Source: an uncultured Flavobacteriaceae bacterium (GTDB lineage: Bacteria > Bacteroidota > Bacteroidia > Flavobacteriales > Flavobacteriaceae). Taken from it: a stretch of 64,000 nt of DNA. The translations under genes were made by a program, and so were the position numbers. The notes under the pieces are model-generated. The model did no database searches. It was not told the DNA's origin and saw only the letters and a list, made by a program, of their open reading frames with translations. Below are positions 10,077 through 20,263 of the stretch, one piece after another. Every line of letters starts with the position of its first letter. The first letter of the stretch is position 1. Location of the stretch: the NCBI GenBank assembly GCA_947497145.1, contig CANMFQ010000004.1:68560-132559 (forward strand). The letters are read 5' to 3'.

Positions 10077-10898
10077 ATGACCATCAACTGTAAAGGCAAT
10101 TTAATTGATTTGAGTACACCAAAGATAATGGGTATTCTAAATATAACACCAGACTCTTTTTTTGACGGAGGGAAGTACAAAAACGAAAAAGATATACTCA
10201 CTCAGGTAGAAAAAATGCTTCGCGATGGTGCTACTTTTATTGATGTTGGCGCGTATAGCTCAAGACCAGGTGCGACCGCCATAACTGAAGACGAAGAATT
10301 GCAACGTATTTTACCTATTGTTAATTTACTAATAAAAAAGTTTGATGAAATACTGATATCTATTGACACCTTTAGAAGCCGAATAGCCGCTGATTGTATA
10401 ACGGCAGGTGCTGCATTAATTAATGATATTTCAGCAGGCATGCTAGATGCGCACATGCTGACAACTATCGCCAAGTATAAAGTACCCTACATAATGATGC
10501 ATATGAAAGGGAATCCGCAAACGATGCAAAATCACACAAATTATACTAATTTGATTACTGAAATACGCTATTATTTTTCTGAACGTATAGCGGCTGCTCA
10601 AAGTTTAGGGATTCATGACCTTATTATTGACCCCGGTTTTGGCTTTTCAAAAACGCTAGACCAAAATTATGAATTACTAAAAAAAATGGAACTTTTAAGC
10701 ACCCTAAAGCTGCCCATACTAGCTGGACTAAGTAGAAAATCAATGATATACAAAACACTAGACACTACCGCATCAAATGCCTTAAATGGCACAACTGCCC
10801 TAAATATGTTTGCGTTGAGTAAAGGAGCGCATATTTTACGAGTACATGACGTTAAAGAGGCGACAGAATGTGTGAAACTTGCTAACAACTTAATGTAG
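10077..10898 (+). CDS. folP: Dihydropteroate synthase
   Basis: MGILNITPDSFFDGG, IDVGAYSSRPGA, DPGFGFSK, GLSRKS, LRVHDV. Confidence 0.98.
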   Translation: MTINCKGNLIDLSTPKIMGILNITPDSFFDGGKYKNEKDILTQVEKMLRDGATFIDVGAYSSRPGATAITEDEELQRILPIVNLLIKKFDEILISIDTFRSRIAADCITAGAALINDISAGMLDAHMLTTIAKYKVPYIMMHMKGNPQTMQNHTNYTNLITEIRYYFSERIAAAQSLGIHDLIIDPGFGFSKTLDQNYELLKKMELLSTLKLPILAGLSRKSMIYKTLDTTASNALNGTTALNMFALSKGAHILRVHDVKEATECVKLANNLM

Positions 10899-10952
10899 TG
10901 CCCTAATTTTTTGTTCGTCTATTTTTTATAATTTTACAAAAACACAACCAAC

Positions 10953-11738
10953 TTGGACTTTTTTAATTTTATCGATTTTAAAATTACCGACCTCATCGAT
11001 ATTATTTTGGTCGCTACACTGCTTTACTACATTTACAAACTGGTACGTGGATCGGTTGCTATAAATATTTTTATAGGTATAGTCATTGTTTGGGGGTTTT
11101 GGAAACTTACTGCGTTACTTGGCATGAACATGATTAGTAGTATTGTTGGCCCATTTCTTCAGGTAGGATTAATTGCCTTGATTGTAGTTTTTCAGCAGGA
11201 AATTAGAAAATTCTTGCTCATGATTGGATCTACCAACTTTGCTAACAAACGTAATTTTATCAAGTTTTTTAAACTTTCTAAACAAGAAAACAGCGCCATT
11301 GGAATTGATATTGATGCTATTTTAAAGGCATGTAAAAACATGTCAACCACCTTAACAGGGGCATTATTTGTTATTGAAAGAACGCATTCTTTAGATTTTA
11401 TAAAATCAACGGGTGATGAAATGCAAATAAAAATCACGCAACCTATAATAGAAAGTATTTTTTACAAGAATAGCCCTTTGCATGATGGAGCTGTTGTTAT
11501 TGTAAACAACTATATTGTTGCTACACGAGTCATTTTACCAGTAAGTAACGAACGAAATATTCCTCTACATTACGGCTTAAGACATAGAGCTGCCGTTGGC
11601 ATTACAGAAAAAACAGATGCGCTAGCTCTTGTTGTAAGTGAAGAAACAGGCGCTATTTCATACATTAAAAATGGGGAGTTTGTACTATTTAAAGATTATG
11701 ATGATTTGGCAACAAAACTAAAAGAAGATTTAATTTAA
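10953..11738 (+). CDS. cdaA: Diadenylate cyclase CdaA/DacA (three N-terminal TM helices plus DAC domain); TTG start
   Basis: Catalytic HDGAVV and GLRHRAAVG motifs; VSEETGAIS. Confidence 0.93.
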   Translation: MDFFNFIDFKITDLIDIILVATLLYYIYKLVRGSVAINIFIGIVIVWGFWKLTALLGMNMISSIVGPFLQVGLIALIVVFQQEIRKFLLMIGSTNFANKRNFIKFFKLSKQENSAIGIDIDAILKACKNMSTTLTGALFVIERTHSLDFIKSTGDEMQIKITQPIIESIFYKNSPLHDGAVVIVNNYIVATRVILPVSNERNIPLHYGLRHRAAVGITEKTDALALVVSEETGAISYIKNGEFVLFKDYDDLATKLKEDLI

Positions 11739-13501
11739 GCCACTTCTTCACTTAAAAATTGCGCTTCATATAAATTGCGATAGTAACCGCCTTTTTTGAG
11801 TAATTCTTTGTGCGTACCCGACTCAACGATCTTTCCAGCATCCATTACAATAATCTTATCTGCTTTCTTAATCGTTGCTAAACGATGGGCTATAATGATT
11901 GAAGTTCTACCTTCTGTAATTTTTTCCGTAGCCCGCTGTATCAATTGTTCAGAATACGCATCTACCGAAGAAGTGGCTTCATCCAATACCAAAATACGTG
12001 GGTTACTTACATAAGCTCTTAAAAAAGCTATTAACTGCCGTTGACCACTTGAAAGCATCGTTCCTCGCTCTTTTACATTATAGTTGTACCCACCAGGCAA
12101 ACTGCTTATAAACTCATCAACGCCAATTTGCTTTGCCGCTTCCTCTATCAAATCTATGGTTATAGACGCATCTTTTAAAGAAATATTATTAGCAATAGTA
12201 TCGGCAAAAAGAAAAACATCTTGCAGTACCACTGCTATCTGCTTTCTCAATGAAGCCAATTTATACGACTTAATATCTACACCATCTATAGCGATAGTGC
12301 CTGAATTTATTTCATAAAATCGGTTTAATAAATTTATGATGGTAGATTTACCTGCACCTGTAGCTCCAACAATGGCAATTGTTTCTCCTGCCTTAGCTTC
12401 AAAAGAAATACCATGTAATACCTCTTCATCTTCTAAATAGCCAAACCGCACATTTGAAAATGTAATATCACCTTTTATATTAGCATTTTCTATGGTTCCT
12501 GTATCTTTAATGTTACTTTCTGTATCTAATATCGCAAAAACACGATTGGCAGCCACCATACCCATTTGAAGGGTATTAAATTTATCAGCAATTTGACGTA
12601 ATGGTCTAAATAACATATCAATAAGAAGAATAAAGGCAAAGATTGTTCCGAAGCCTTCTTCTCCCAATCCTGTAACATTTTGCAAGCCACCGTACCAAAC
12701 TACAAGTCCGACAGCGATTGAGGAAACAATTTCTGCCACTGGAAAAAAGATAGAATTATACCAAACTGTTTTCAACCATGCATTCTGATGCTTTTCATTA
12801 ATAACACGAAATTTTTCACTTTCAATTTTTTCGCGTGTAAAGAGTTGTACTATTTTCATACCTGTTATACGCTCTTGCACAAACGAATTTAATGCCGATA
12901 CTTGTGTACGTACTTCGGTAAATGCAACTTTCATTGCTTTTTGAAACAACCTTGTAGCATACAAAATCACAGGAAGAATAGTGAATACAATTAATGCTAA
13001 TCGCCAGTTAATAAAGAGCATAACACCTGCTGCTACCGACATTTTTAACAAATCAGCAACAATAACAAAAAAACCTTGGCTAAAAATCTCACCTATACGC
13101 TGCATATCAGCAACCGCTCGTGTGACTAAAACACCAAGAGATGATGTATTAAAATATTTCATTTTAAATCCGAGCATATGCTCGAATAAATGAACCCTAA
13201 TATCCTTTATTACCGACTCGCCCAGCCAGTTTGCATAATAATTAAATAGCAATTGACTAACTACTTGCCCTATGAGTACGCCGAGCATAGCAAGTATAAG
13301 CCAAAATAATCTTTCAGCATCACCTTGCTTGATAGCTCCATCAATAACCTCACGAAGTAAAATTGGCGTTAATACGGCAAAAACAGACAAAAATATGGCA
13401 GCTAGCGCAACCCCATAAAAAGTAATTCGATAGGGACGGGTATGCGCCATTAGCCGTTTAAAAAGACCTATATCAAATGCTTTTCCTGAGTCTTTATCCA
13501 T
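11735..13501 (-). CDS. ABC transporter, fused permease/ATP-binding (MsbA-like exporter)
   Basis: Six-TM region, Walker A GATGAGKS, signature LSSGQRQ, Walker B ILVLDEATS, AHRL. Confidence 0.95.
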   Translation of the reverse strand: MDKDSGKAFDIGLFKRLMAHTRPYRITFYGVALAAIFLSVFAVLTPILLREVIDGAIKQGDAERLFWLILAMLGVLIGQVVSQLLFNYYANWLGESVIKDIRVHLFEHMLGFKMKYFNTSSLGVLVTRAVADMQRIGEIFSQGFFVIVADLLKMSVAAGVMLFINWRLALIVFTILPVILYATRLFQKAMKVAFTEVRTQVSALNSFVQERITGMKIVQLFTREKIESEKFRVINEKHQNAWLKTVWYNSIFFPVAEIVSSIAVGLVVWYGGLQNVTGLGEEGFGTIFAFILLIDMLFRPLRQIADKFNTLQMGMVAANRVFAILDTESNIKDTGTIENANIKGDITFSNVRFGYLEDEEVLHGISFEAKAGETIAIVGATGAGKSTIINLLNRFYEINSGTIAIDGVDIKSYKLASLRKQIAVVLQDVFLFADTIANNISLKDASITIDLIEEAAKQIGVDEFISSLPGGYNYNVKERGTMLSSGQRQLIAFLRAYVSNPRILVLDEATSSVDAYSEQLIQRATEKITEGRTSIIIAHRLATIKKADKIIVMDAGKIVESGTHKELLKKGGYYRNLYEAQFLSEEVA

Positions 13502-14243
13502 TTTTACTAATTGAATTTGGGTAGCAAATTTCAGTCAAATATAATCCTTTTGCAGGTACAGAAGTACCAGCTTTGCTTCGGTCTTTACTATTTATGATTG
13601 CTTTAACATCATGTAAAGAAGTCTTTGCCATACCTACTTCTAAAAGGGTACCAACAATAGCCCTTACCATATTTCTTAAGAACCGATTGGCAGTAATTTT
13701 AAAAATTAGCAAATCATCTTTTTTTGTCCAAACAGCTGTATTAATATCGCAAAGATAGGTATGTACATCGGTTTTGCTTTTTGAAAAACACTCAAAATCA
13801 CTGTAATTCAATAAAAGCTGGGCAGCTTCATTCATTTTAAACACATCCAAAGGATATCTTACGTAATAAGCAGCATCGGTATAAAACGGATTTTTTTCTT
13901 GTGTTATCCAATACTCATAAGTACGTGCTACCGCATCAAACCGCGCATGTGCTTCTGTGGTTACTTCAAAAATTTCTTGTACTGCAATATCATCAGGTAA
14001 CAACGCATTTAACCGATACACCAAATCAGTTTTATCTTCAATTATTGAAAATTCAAAATGAGCATACATCATTCTAGCATGTACCCCTGCATCAGTTCTA
14101 CCGGCTCCCATAAGTGAAACATACGAACGCAAGAGCCTTGCCAACGCCTCTTCAAGAACTTGTTGAACAGTAATTGCATTGGGCTGATTTTGCCAGCCGT
14201 GATACCTTTTTCCGTTATATGAAAATCGAATGAAATATCTCAA
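13494..14243 (-). CDS. truA: tRNA pseudouridine(38-40) synthase; TTG start
   Basis: YNGKRYHGWQ, GAGRTDAGVHA, FLRNMVRAIVG. Confidence 0.97.
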   Translation of the reverse strand: MRYFIRFSYNGKRYHGWQNQPNAITVQQVLEEALARLLRSYVSLMGAGRTDAGVHARMMYAHFEFSIIEDKTDLVYRLNALLPDDIAVQEIFEVTTEAHARFDAVARTYEYWITQEKNPFYTDAAYYVRYPLDVFKMNEAAQLLLNYSDFECFSKSKTDVHTYLCDINTAVWTKKDDLLIFKITANRFLRNMVRAIVGTLLEVGMAKTSLHDVKAIINSKDRSKAGTSVPAKGLYLTEICYPNSISKNG

Positions 14244-14253
14244 TAGTATTGTA

Positions 14254-14276
14254 TAGCTTTGTGGGCAGCAAAGATA
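14254..14276. promoter_or_regulatory. Pair of divergent -7 promoter elements (TAGCTTTG on +, TATCTTTG on -)
   Basis: TAGCTTTG at 14254-14261 (+) and CAAAGATA at 14269-14276 (TATCTTTG on -). They would serve a small + ORF and truA respectively. Confidence 0.55.
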
Positions 14277-14290
14277 TTAAAACCATATGT

Positions 14291-14470
14291 ATGCATAACA
14301 CGGCAAATATGGAGGAATTGAAAAAAACCTTGCGTCATCAAATGAATACTGCTACTGTGTCGCAACAAAAACGTTTAATGAACTCATCTTTACTTTTTCT
14401 TTTACCCGTAAATGGTGCATTTTTTGCCCTAATTTTGTCATTATTGAGTTCGGCTGCTATGGCTACTTAA
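14291..14470 (+). CDS. Candidate small membrane protein (53-59 aa)
   Basis: In-frame ATGs at 14291 and 14309, downstream of a -7 element. Hydrophobic C-terminus LLFLLPVNGAFFALILSLL; hairpin after the stop. Confidence 0.4.
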   Translation: MHNTANMEELKKTLRHQMNTATVSQQKRLMNSSLLFLLPVNGAFFALILSLLSSAAMAT

Positions 14471-14568
14471 GAAAAAATGACTTCATTACGGGATAAAAGC
14501 CGTAATTCTCGGTTCGGTACAAATGGTCAAAAACGAACTCAATTAGTGTCCTTAATCAAAAATCAACA

Positions 14569-15063
14569 ATGACTAAAATTTTATTACTCTCAGATACCCA
14601 TTCACATATTGATGAAAAGATTTTAAAGTATGCCCGTCAAGCGGACGAGATATGGCACGCTGGCGATATTGGCAGTCTTGCGGTAACCGATGCTTTGGCA
14701 AAAATAAAGCCCCTACGAGGCGTGCACGGCAACATTGATGACCATATTATTCAAAAAGAGTTTCCGTTAAATAATCGATTTATGTGTGAAGGTGTTGATG
14801 TATGGATTACGCATATTGGTGGCTACCCCCCAAAATACAACGTACGAACTAGAAAAGAAATCAAAGCAAACCCGCCAAAGCTTTTTGTATGTGGTCATTC
14901 TCATATCTTAAAAGTTATGTGGGATAAACCTTTAGGTGTATTACACATGAACCCAGGTGCCTGCGGAAAACATGGTTTTCACCAAATACGCACCATGCTA
15001 AGGTTTGAAATTGACGGAAAGGATATAAAAAATTTAGAAATTATTGAATTGGAAAAGAGATAA
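14569..15063 (+). CDS. YfcE/MJ0936-family metallophosphoesterase
   Basis: LSDTH, HAGD, GNID, GHSH, NPGA calcineurin-like motifs. Confidence 0.93.
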   Translation: MTKILLLSDTHSHIDEKILKYARQADEIWHAGDIGSLAVTDALAKIKPLRGVHGNIDDHIIQKEFPLNNRFMCEGVDVWITHIGGYPPKYNVRTRKEIKANPPKLFVCGHSHILKVMWDKPLGVLHMNPGACGKHGFHQIRTMLRFEIDGKDIKNLEIIELEKR

Positions 15064-15214
15064 CTGTACAACCAAACTATCATACCAAAAATGACCAAAT
15101 ACATTTACCTTCAACTATGGCAAAATATACTCCTACCCTTTTAAAATAAGACGTTTAAAGCGATAGAAGTATACATTAAATCACTAAATGCCAAAGCGGT
15201 ATTTTATACGCTTA

Positions 15215-17224
15215 TCATTGTAATTGATGTAAGGCATGATTTAAGTAACGTACAAGTTTGTTACCGAAAAAGTGCGCTTCTTCCCATTTTCCAATTTTTG
15301 CACTAGTGTAGGTCGCTTTTGATAATTCTCGTCCTTTTTCCAAGCCAAACGCACCTAATCTACGAGTTAAAAATTGTGATTTCTCTATCAGCTTATACAT
15401 GTCTCTGCTGTCGAGGGCTTCTTCAACCTCCCTTATCTCTTTAGGAATTCTTTGCTCTAGCCTATTTACGAGCAATTGTGTAAATTCATCATCTCCGTCA
15501 GATTTTATATCTTCAACTAGTTCATCAATATCTTCAAATAAAAGGCTTCCAAAACCGTTATCTGAAGACGATTCATCATCTGAATCATGCCTATTTTTAG
15601 TATATTTTACTAAAGTTGTCACCAACTCTTCTTCAGTATAAGGCTTATCAATAAAATCATTCATTAAACGCTTTAATTGGTCATGATCTGACCTGTTTGA
15701 AATACCAGCAGAGCATCCTATTATAGGCACATCTAATTTTAGGCGTTGTCGTATAACTTTTGCAGCCGTTAAACCATCCATTATAGGCATTTGCAAATCC
15801 ATAATAATTACGTCATAGGACTTCCTTTCTAAAAAGTTTATAGCTACTTGTCCGTTTTGAGCAATGTCAATCAAACCGCCCCATCTTCCAATAATCTTTT
15901 TTGCTAACATCTGGTTGATGGTATTATCTTCAACCAATAAGATTTTTACATTTTGCAATACCTTATCGTTATAGCTATTGATGTTTAGCATTTTATCAGG
16001 ATTTCTAACCTCCTGAGCTATTTTAAATGCAATACATACCTCAAATTCAGATCCCATATCAGGTCGGCTCCTAACTGAAATTTCGCCCTTATGGATTTTA
16101 ACTAGTGATTTTACAATACTCAAGCCTAAACCTGTGCCGCCATACTGTCGTCTTATAGAACTTTCAACCTGTGAAAAATGATCAAAAATAGCTTTGTGAT
16201 ACTCTTTAGGAATGCCTATCCCCGTGTCCTTGACCTTAAACGATACTTTTACAACATCACGTTTAACCTTAAGCAACTTACTTGAAACAGAAATATAGCC
16301 TTCATCAGTAAATTTAATTGCATTACTGATTAAGTTTGTTAAAATCTGAAACAATCTTGTTTTATCTCCATAAACAAAATCAGGTATGTTATGATCATGA
16401 TTATGAATAAGACTTACGCCCTTTTTATGTGCCATTGGTTGTTGAAACTCCGTAACACTCTCTATTAGATATCGTAAAGAGATTGGTCTTTCTTCTAACT
16501 GAACAAGACCGTTCTCCATTTTTGAAACCTCTAAAACATCATCAATAATAGCTTTTAAATTTAAAGAAGCCGTTTTAATAGTATCTAAATATTTAGTTTG
16601 CTCTGGTGATAAAGGTGTACCTCCCAAAAGATTATTGAATCCTAAAATAGCATTGAGCGGTGTGCGTATTTCATCACTCATATTGGCTAAAAACTGATCT
16701 TTAACCAAAGCCAAATTTTTCACTTCTATTTTTTCACGTCTTAAGGCTATTAAATTCATCACAGTTGTAGCTATGGTTGCCATAGCCGATTGTTTCTTTT
16801 CAGAAAAGTGACCTGGCTCAAAATCTAAAGCACACAATGCGCCAATAACAGCCCCTTTTTCATCAATTAACGGGAAACCGCCATAGTACCTAAACCCTGG
16901 AGCATCATTAACAGAAGGAAAATATGAAAAACGTTCGTCTAATTTTAAATCATGAACCTCAAAAAAAGAGGTTTGCATCACCACATATTGACAAAAAGAG
17001 ACTTCTCTAGGTGTTTCTGAAATATCAACACCATGACTAGATTTAAACCATTGCCTATGCTCATCAAGTAAAGTTATGAAACAAACAGGTACTTCTAAAA
17101 CGTCGGATGCCATTTGAGTCAAATCATCAAACATTGATTCCCTTTCCGTGTCCAATATCTGATAGTACTTAAGTCTTTGCAAACGAAAATTCTCGTCCTT
17201 AGGTATAGGCAGAGTTAATCTCAT
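15215..17224 (-). CDS. GAF-HisKA-HATPase-REC-HPt hybrid sensor kinase, degenerate (H-box His to Asp; HPt His to Gln)
   Basis: N-terminal GAF; FLANMSDEIRTPLN; N/G1/G2 boxes NLISNAIKFT, DTGIGI, GGTGLGL; receiver ILLVEDN...IMDLQMP...KP; C-terminal HPt-like helices. Confidence 0.9.
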   Translation of the reverse strand: MRLTLPIPKDENFRLQRLKYYQILDTERESMFDDLTQMASDVLEVPVCFITLLDEHRQWFKSSHGVDISETPREVSFCQYVVMQTSFFEVHDLKLDERFSYFPSVNDAPGFRYYGGFPLIDEKGAVIGALCALDFEPGHFSEKKQSAMATIATTVMNLIALRREKIEVKNLALVKDQFLANMSDEIRTPLNAILGFNNLLGGTPLSPEQTKYLDTIKTASLNLKAIIDDVLEVSKMENGLVQLEERPISLRYLIESVTEFQQPMAHKKGVSLIHNHDHNIPDFVYGDKTRLFQILTNLISNAIKFTDEGYISVSSKLLKVKRDVVKVSFKVKDTGIGIPKEYHKAIFDHFSQVESSIRRQYGGTGLGLSIVKSLVKIHKGEISVRSRPDMGSEFEVCIAFKIAQEVRNPDKMLNINSYNDKVLQNVKILLVEDNTINQMLAKKIIGRWGGLIDIAQNGQVAINFLERKSYDVIIMDLQMPIMDGLTAAKVIRQRLKLDVPIIGCSAGISNRSDHDQLKRLMNDFIDKPYTEEELVTTLVKYTKNRHDSDDESSSDNGFGSLLFEDIDELVEDIKSDGDDEFTQLLVNRLEQRIPKEIREVEEALDSRDMYKLIEKSQFLTRRLGAFGLEKGRELSKATYTSAKIGKWEEAHFFGNKLVRYLNHALHQLQ

Positions 17225-17796
17225 AAGTAGGTGTTTTACTTATTAACGAGAAATAACCTACATTATTACCCGCCGTTAAATTACATAAAAACGCTATTTA
17301 CCCTATAAATAACAGCCATTCAACCTAACTAATTAACCTACAACAAATTATAAATACATTTAATAAAAACCATGTTTTTTTTTAAAAATTCACTTTAACT
17401 ATTAATTGATCAAAAATTAATTTTATTTATTTTTTTGATGCCTTATATCCTTCTTTATCTACGGCAGCGGTAGATAAAAATACACCACGATTTTTAATAC
17501 GAATAGTGCTCAACTATCTAAGATTCTACATTATTTATACGTTATAGCCACTATCTCGTAAGTTAGCCATTGAAAGCCTATTCATGATTTTTTACAGTAA
17601 CGGGTAACCTCAAAATAGCAGTGTACCAAAAAAACAACATTAAAAATAAAAATGAGTTCCTTTACTACTCTCACAATACAATGGTCTTTATGGCACCACT
17701 ATATTGACACACATTTTTTATTATAAGCATAGTTTATAAAATGACGCTTAGCGAGTATACAGAATAAAATTACTGTACTTACAACAGAACTGAAAT

Positions 17797-17820
17797 AAAA
17801 AAGCCTTCACTGTGGAAGGC
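17797..17820 (-). terminator. Intrinsic terminator after folD
   Basis: Minus strand GCCTTC-CACAGT-GAAGGC followed by TTTTTT. Confidence 0.75.
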
Positions 17821-17876
17821 CTTTCAATTACAAATTCGATACATACTCCCGCCATATAAAACAACGGCAACAAGTG

Positions 17877-18761
17877 TTATTTTCTACTTCTATGTCTTTC
17901 TCTAGCTAGTAATGTATTTTTCAACAGCATAGCAATGGTCATCGGTCCTACTCCACCTGGAACAGGAGTAATAAATGAAGCTTTTTTACTAACATTTTCA
18001 AAATCTACATCACCTGTAATATAATATCCTCTTTCTTTAGTATCATCGGGTACTCTTGTAATACCTACATCAATAACAACGGCATCATCCTTCACCATTT
18101 CGGCTTTCAAGAAATTTGGTACACCCAAGGCAGAAATTACAATATCTGCTTGCGATATTATTTGAGTGATATTCTTAGTATGACTGTGTGTTAGCGTAAC
18201 TGTAGAATTCCCTGGCCAGCCTTTTCTTCCCATTAAAATACTCATGGGACGCCCTACAATATGACTCCTACCAATTACCACGGTATGTTTACCTTTAGTA
18301 TCTACCTTATAGCGCTCTAAAAGCTCTAATATTCCGAAAGGTGTAGCTGGAATAAAAGTACTCATATCTAAAGCCATTTTACCAAAATTCATGGGATGAA
18401 AACCATCAACATCTTTATCAGGATCAACTGCTAGTAGTACTTTTTGCGTATCAATTTGCTCAGGCAATGGTAGCTGCACTATGAAACCATCAATCTCATC
18501 ATTCTGATTTAATTCTTCAATTTTTCTTAAAAGCTCTTGCTCTGAGGTGGTACTTGGCATCTGAATCAAAGTAGACTCAAAGCCTATTCTCTTACATGAA
18601 CGAACCTTACTACCAACATAAGTTAAACTTGCACCATCATTACCCACAAGAACAGCCGCAAGATGTGGTACTTTTTCTCCACGCTCTTTCATTTTAGCAA
18701 CCTCCGCTGCAATTTCTTCCTTTATTTCATTTGATACTCTTTTCCCGTCAAGAATTTCCAT
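17877..18761 (-). CDS. folD: Bifunctional methylenetetrahydrofolate dehydrogenase/cyclohydrolase
   Basis: VQLPLP, KDVDGFHP, GRSHIVGRP, TPVPGGVGPMTIAML. Confidence 0.98.
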   Translation of the reverse strand: MEILDGKRVSNEIKEEIAAEVAKMKERGEKVPHLAAVLVGNDGASLTYVGSKVRSCKRIGFESTLIQMPSTTSEQELLRKIEELNQNDEIDGFIVQLPLPEQIDTQKVLLAVDPDKDVDGFHPMNFGKMALDMSTFIPATPFGILELLERYKVDTKGKHTVVIGRSHIVGRPMSILMGRKGWPGNSTVTLTHSHTKNITQIISQADIVISALGVPNFLKAEMVKDDAVVIDVGITRVPDDTKERGYYITGDVDFENVSKKASFITPVPGGVGPMTIAMLLKNTLLARERHRSRK

Positions 18762-18891
18762 GTATGTATTTATTAGACTGGATTTTTGTGTTGGCTACAA
18801 TTTTTACCAATAGACCAGAATTATTAATTGTCTCGTTCGCTTATTGAGTCGCTTGAGTATAGTCAAGCCTACCCCATTGTAATTTCCTGCT

Positions 18892-20229
18892 CTATTTCAT
18901 ACCCCGCATACCGCTCATCATCTGCATCATTCGCTTTCCTCCGCCGCCTTGCATCATTTTCATCATCTTACTCATTTGATCAAACTGCTTTAGCAATTGA
19001 TTGACCTCTTGAACATCGCGACCGCTACCTTTTGCAATACGCTTTTTACGGCTAGCATTTAATTTTGATGGCGTAGCGCGTTCATCTGGAGTCATTGAGT
19101 GAATAATAGCTTCTATATGTTTAAAAGCATCATCGTCAATGTCTAACCCTTTCAATGCCTTTCCTGCGCCAGGAATCATACCCATCAAATCTTTGATGTT
19201 ACCCATCTTTTTGATTTGTTGTATTTGGGTTAAAAAGTCATCAAAGCCAAACTTATTCTTGGCTATTTTTTTCTGAATTTTTCTGGCTTCCTCTTCATCA
19301 AATTGATCTTGAGCACGTTCGACAAGAGAAATAACATCACCCATTCCCAAAATACGATCTGCCATACGATCAGGGTGAAAAACATCAATGGCTTCCATTT
19401 TCTCACCTGTTCCTATAAATTTTATAGGTTTATCAACAACTGATTTAATAGAAATAGCAGCACCACCTCGAGTATCACCATCTAACTTTGTTAGTATTAC
19501 TCCGTCAAAATTTAATATATCGTTGAATGCTTTAGCAGTATTTACTGCATCTTGACCTGTCATTGAATCTACAACAAACAGCGTTTCTTGTGGCTGAATA
19601 GCTTTATGAATCTCCGAAATTTCAGCCATCATTTTCTCATCAACAGCCAAACGACCTGCGGTATCAATAATAACCACATTATGACCATTTGCCTTTGCAT
19701 GAGCAATACCTGCTTTAGAAATAGCAACAGGATCGGTTTCTTCTCTATTGGAATATACCTCAACACCTATTTGTTCACCTACCACATGTAATTGATCTAT
19801 TGCAGCAGGACGATATACATCACAAGCAACCAATAAAGGTTTTTTTGTTTTTTTGATTTTTAAGTAGTTTGCCAACTTACCAGAGAAGGTTGTCTTACCA
19901 GACCCTTGAAGTCCCGACATTAAAATTACTGAAGGGTTGCCAGAGAGGTTAATTCCTTCTGATGACCCTCCCATTAATTCGGTAAGCTCATCTTTGACAA
20001 TTTTCACCATCAATTGCCCTGGTTGTAATGTAGTTAATACATTCTGCCCCAGTGCTTTTTCTTTAACCCTATTGGTAAATTCTTTGGCTATTCTAAAATT
20101 AACATCGGCATCTAAAAGTGCTCTACGTACTTCTTTAGTGGTCTCTGCGACATTAATTTCCGTAATCTGACCGTGCCCTTTTAGTACATGTAGGGCTTTA
20201 TCTAACTTTTCACTTAAATTATCAAACAT
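18892..20229 (-). CDS. ffh: Signal recognition particle protein
   Basis: GLQGSGKTT, DTAGR, TKLDGDTRGG, Met-rich M domain. Confidence 0.99.
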   Translation of the reverse strand: MFDNLSEKLDKALHVLKGHGQITEINVAETTKEVRRALLDADVNFRIAKEFTNRVKEKALGQNVLTTLQPGQLMVKIVKDELTELMGGSSEGINLSGNPSVILMSGLQGSGKTTFSGKLANYLKIKKTKKPLLVACDVYRPAAIDQLHVVGEQIGVEVYSNREETDPVAISKAGIAHAKANGHNVVIIDTAGRLAVDEKMMAEISEIHKAIQPQETLFVVDSMTGQDAVNTAKAFNDILNFDGVILTKLDGDTRGGAAISIKSVVDKPIKFIGTGEKMEAIDVFHPDRMADRILGMGDVISLVERAQDQFDEEEARKIQKKIAKNKFGFDDFLTQIQQIKKMGNIKDLMGMIPGAGKALKGLDIDDDAFKHIEAIIHSMTPDERATPSKLNASRKKRIAKGSGRDVQEVNQLLKQFDQMSKMMKMMQGGGGKRMMQMMSGMRGMK

Positions 20230-20255
20230 CGTATAGCTATCTTTTTTGAAGAAAG

Positions 20256-20263
20256 CAAATTTA
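20256..20263 (-). promoter_or_regulatory. -7 promoter element (TAAATTTG) for ffh
   Basis: TAnnTTTG match 27 bp upstream of the ffh ATG. Confidence 0.55.
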
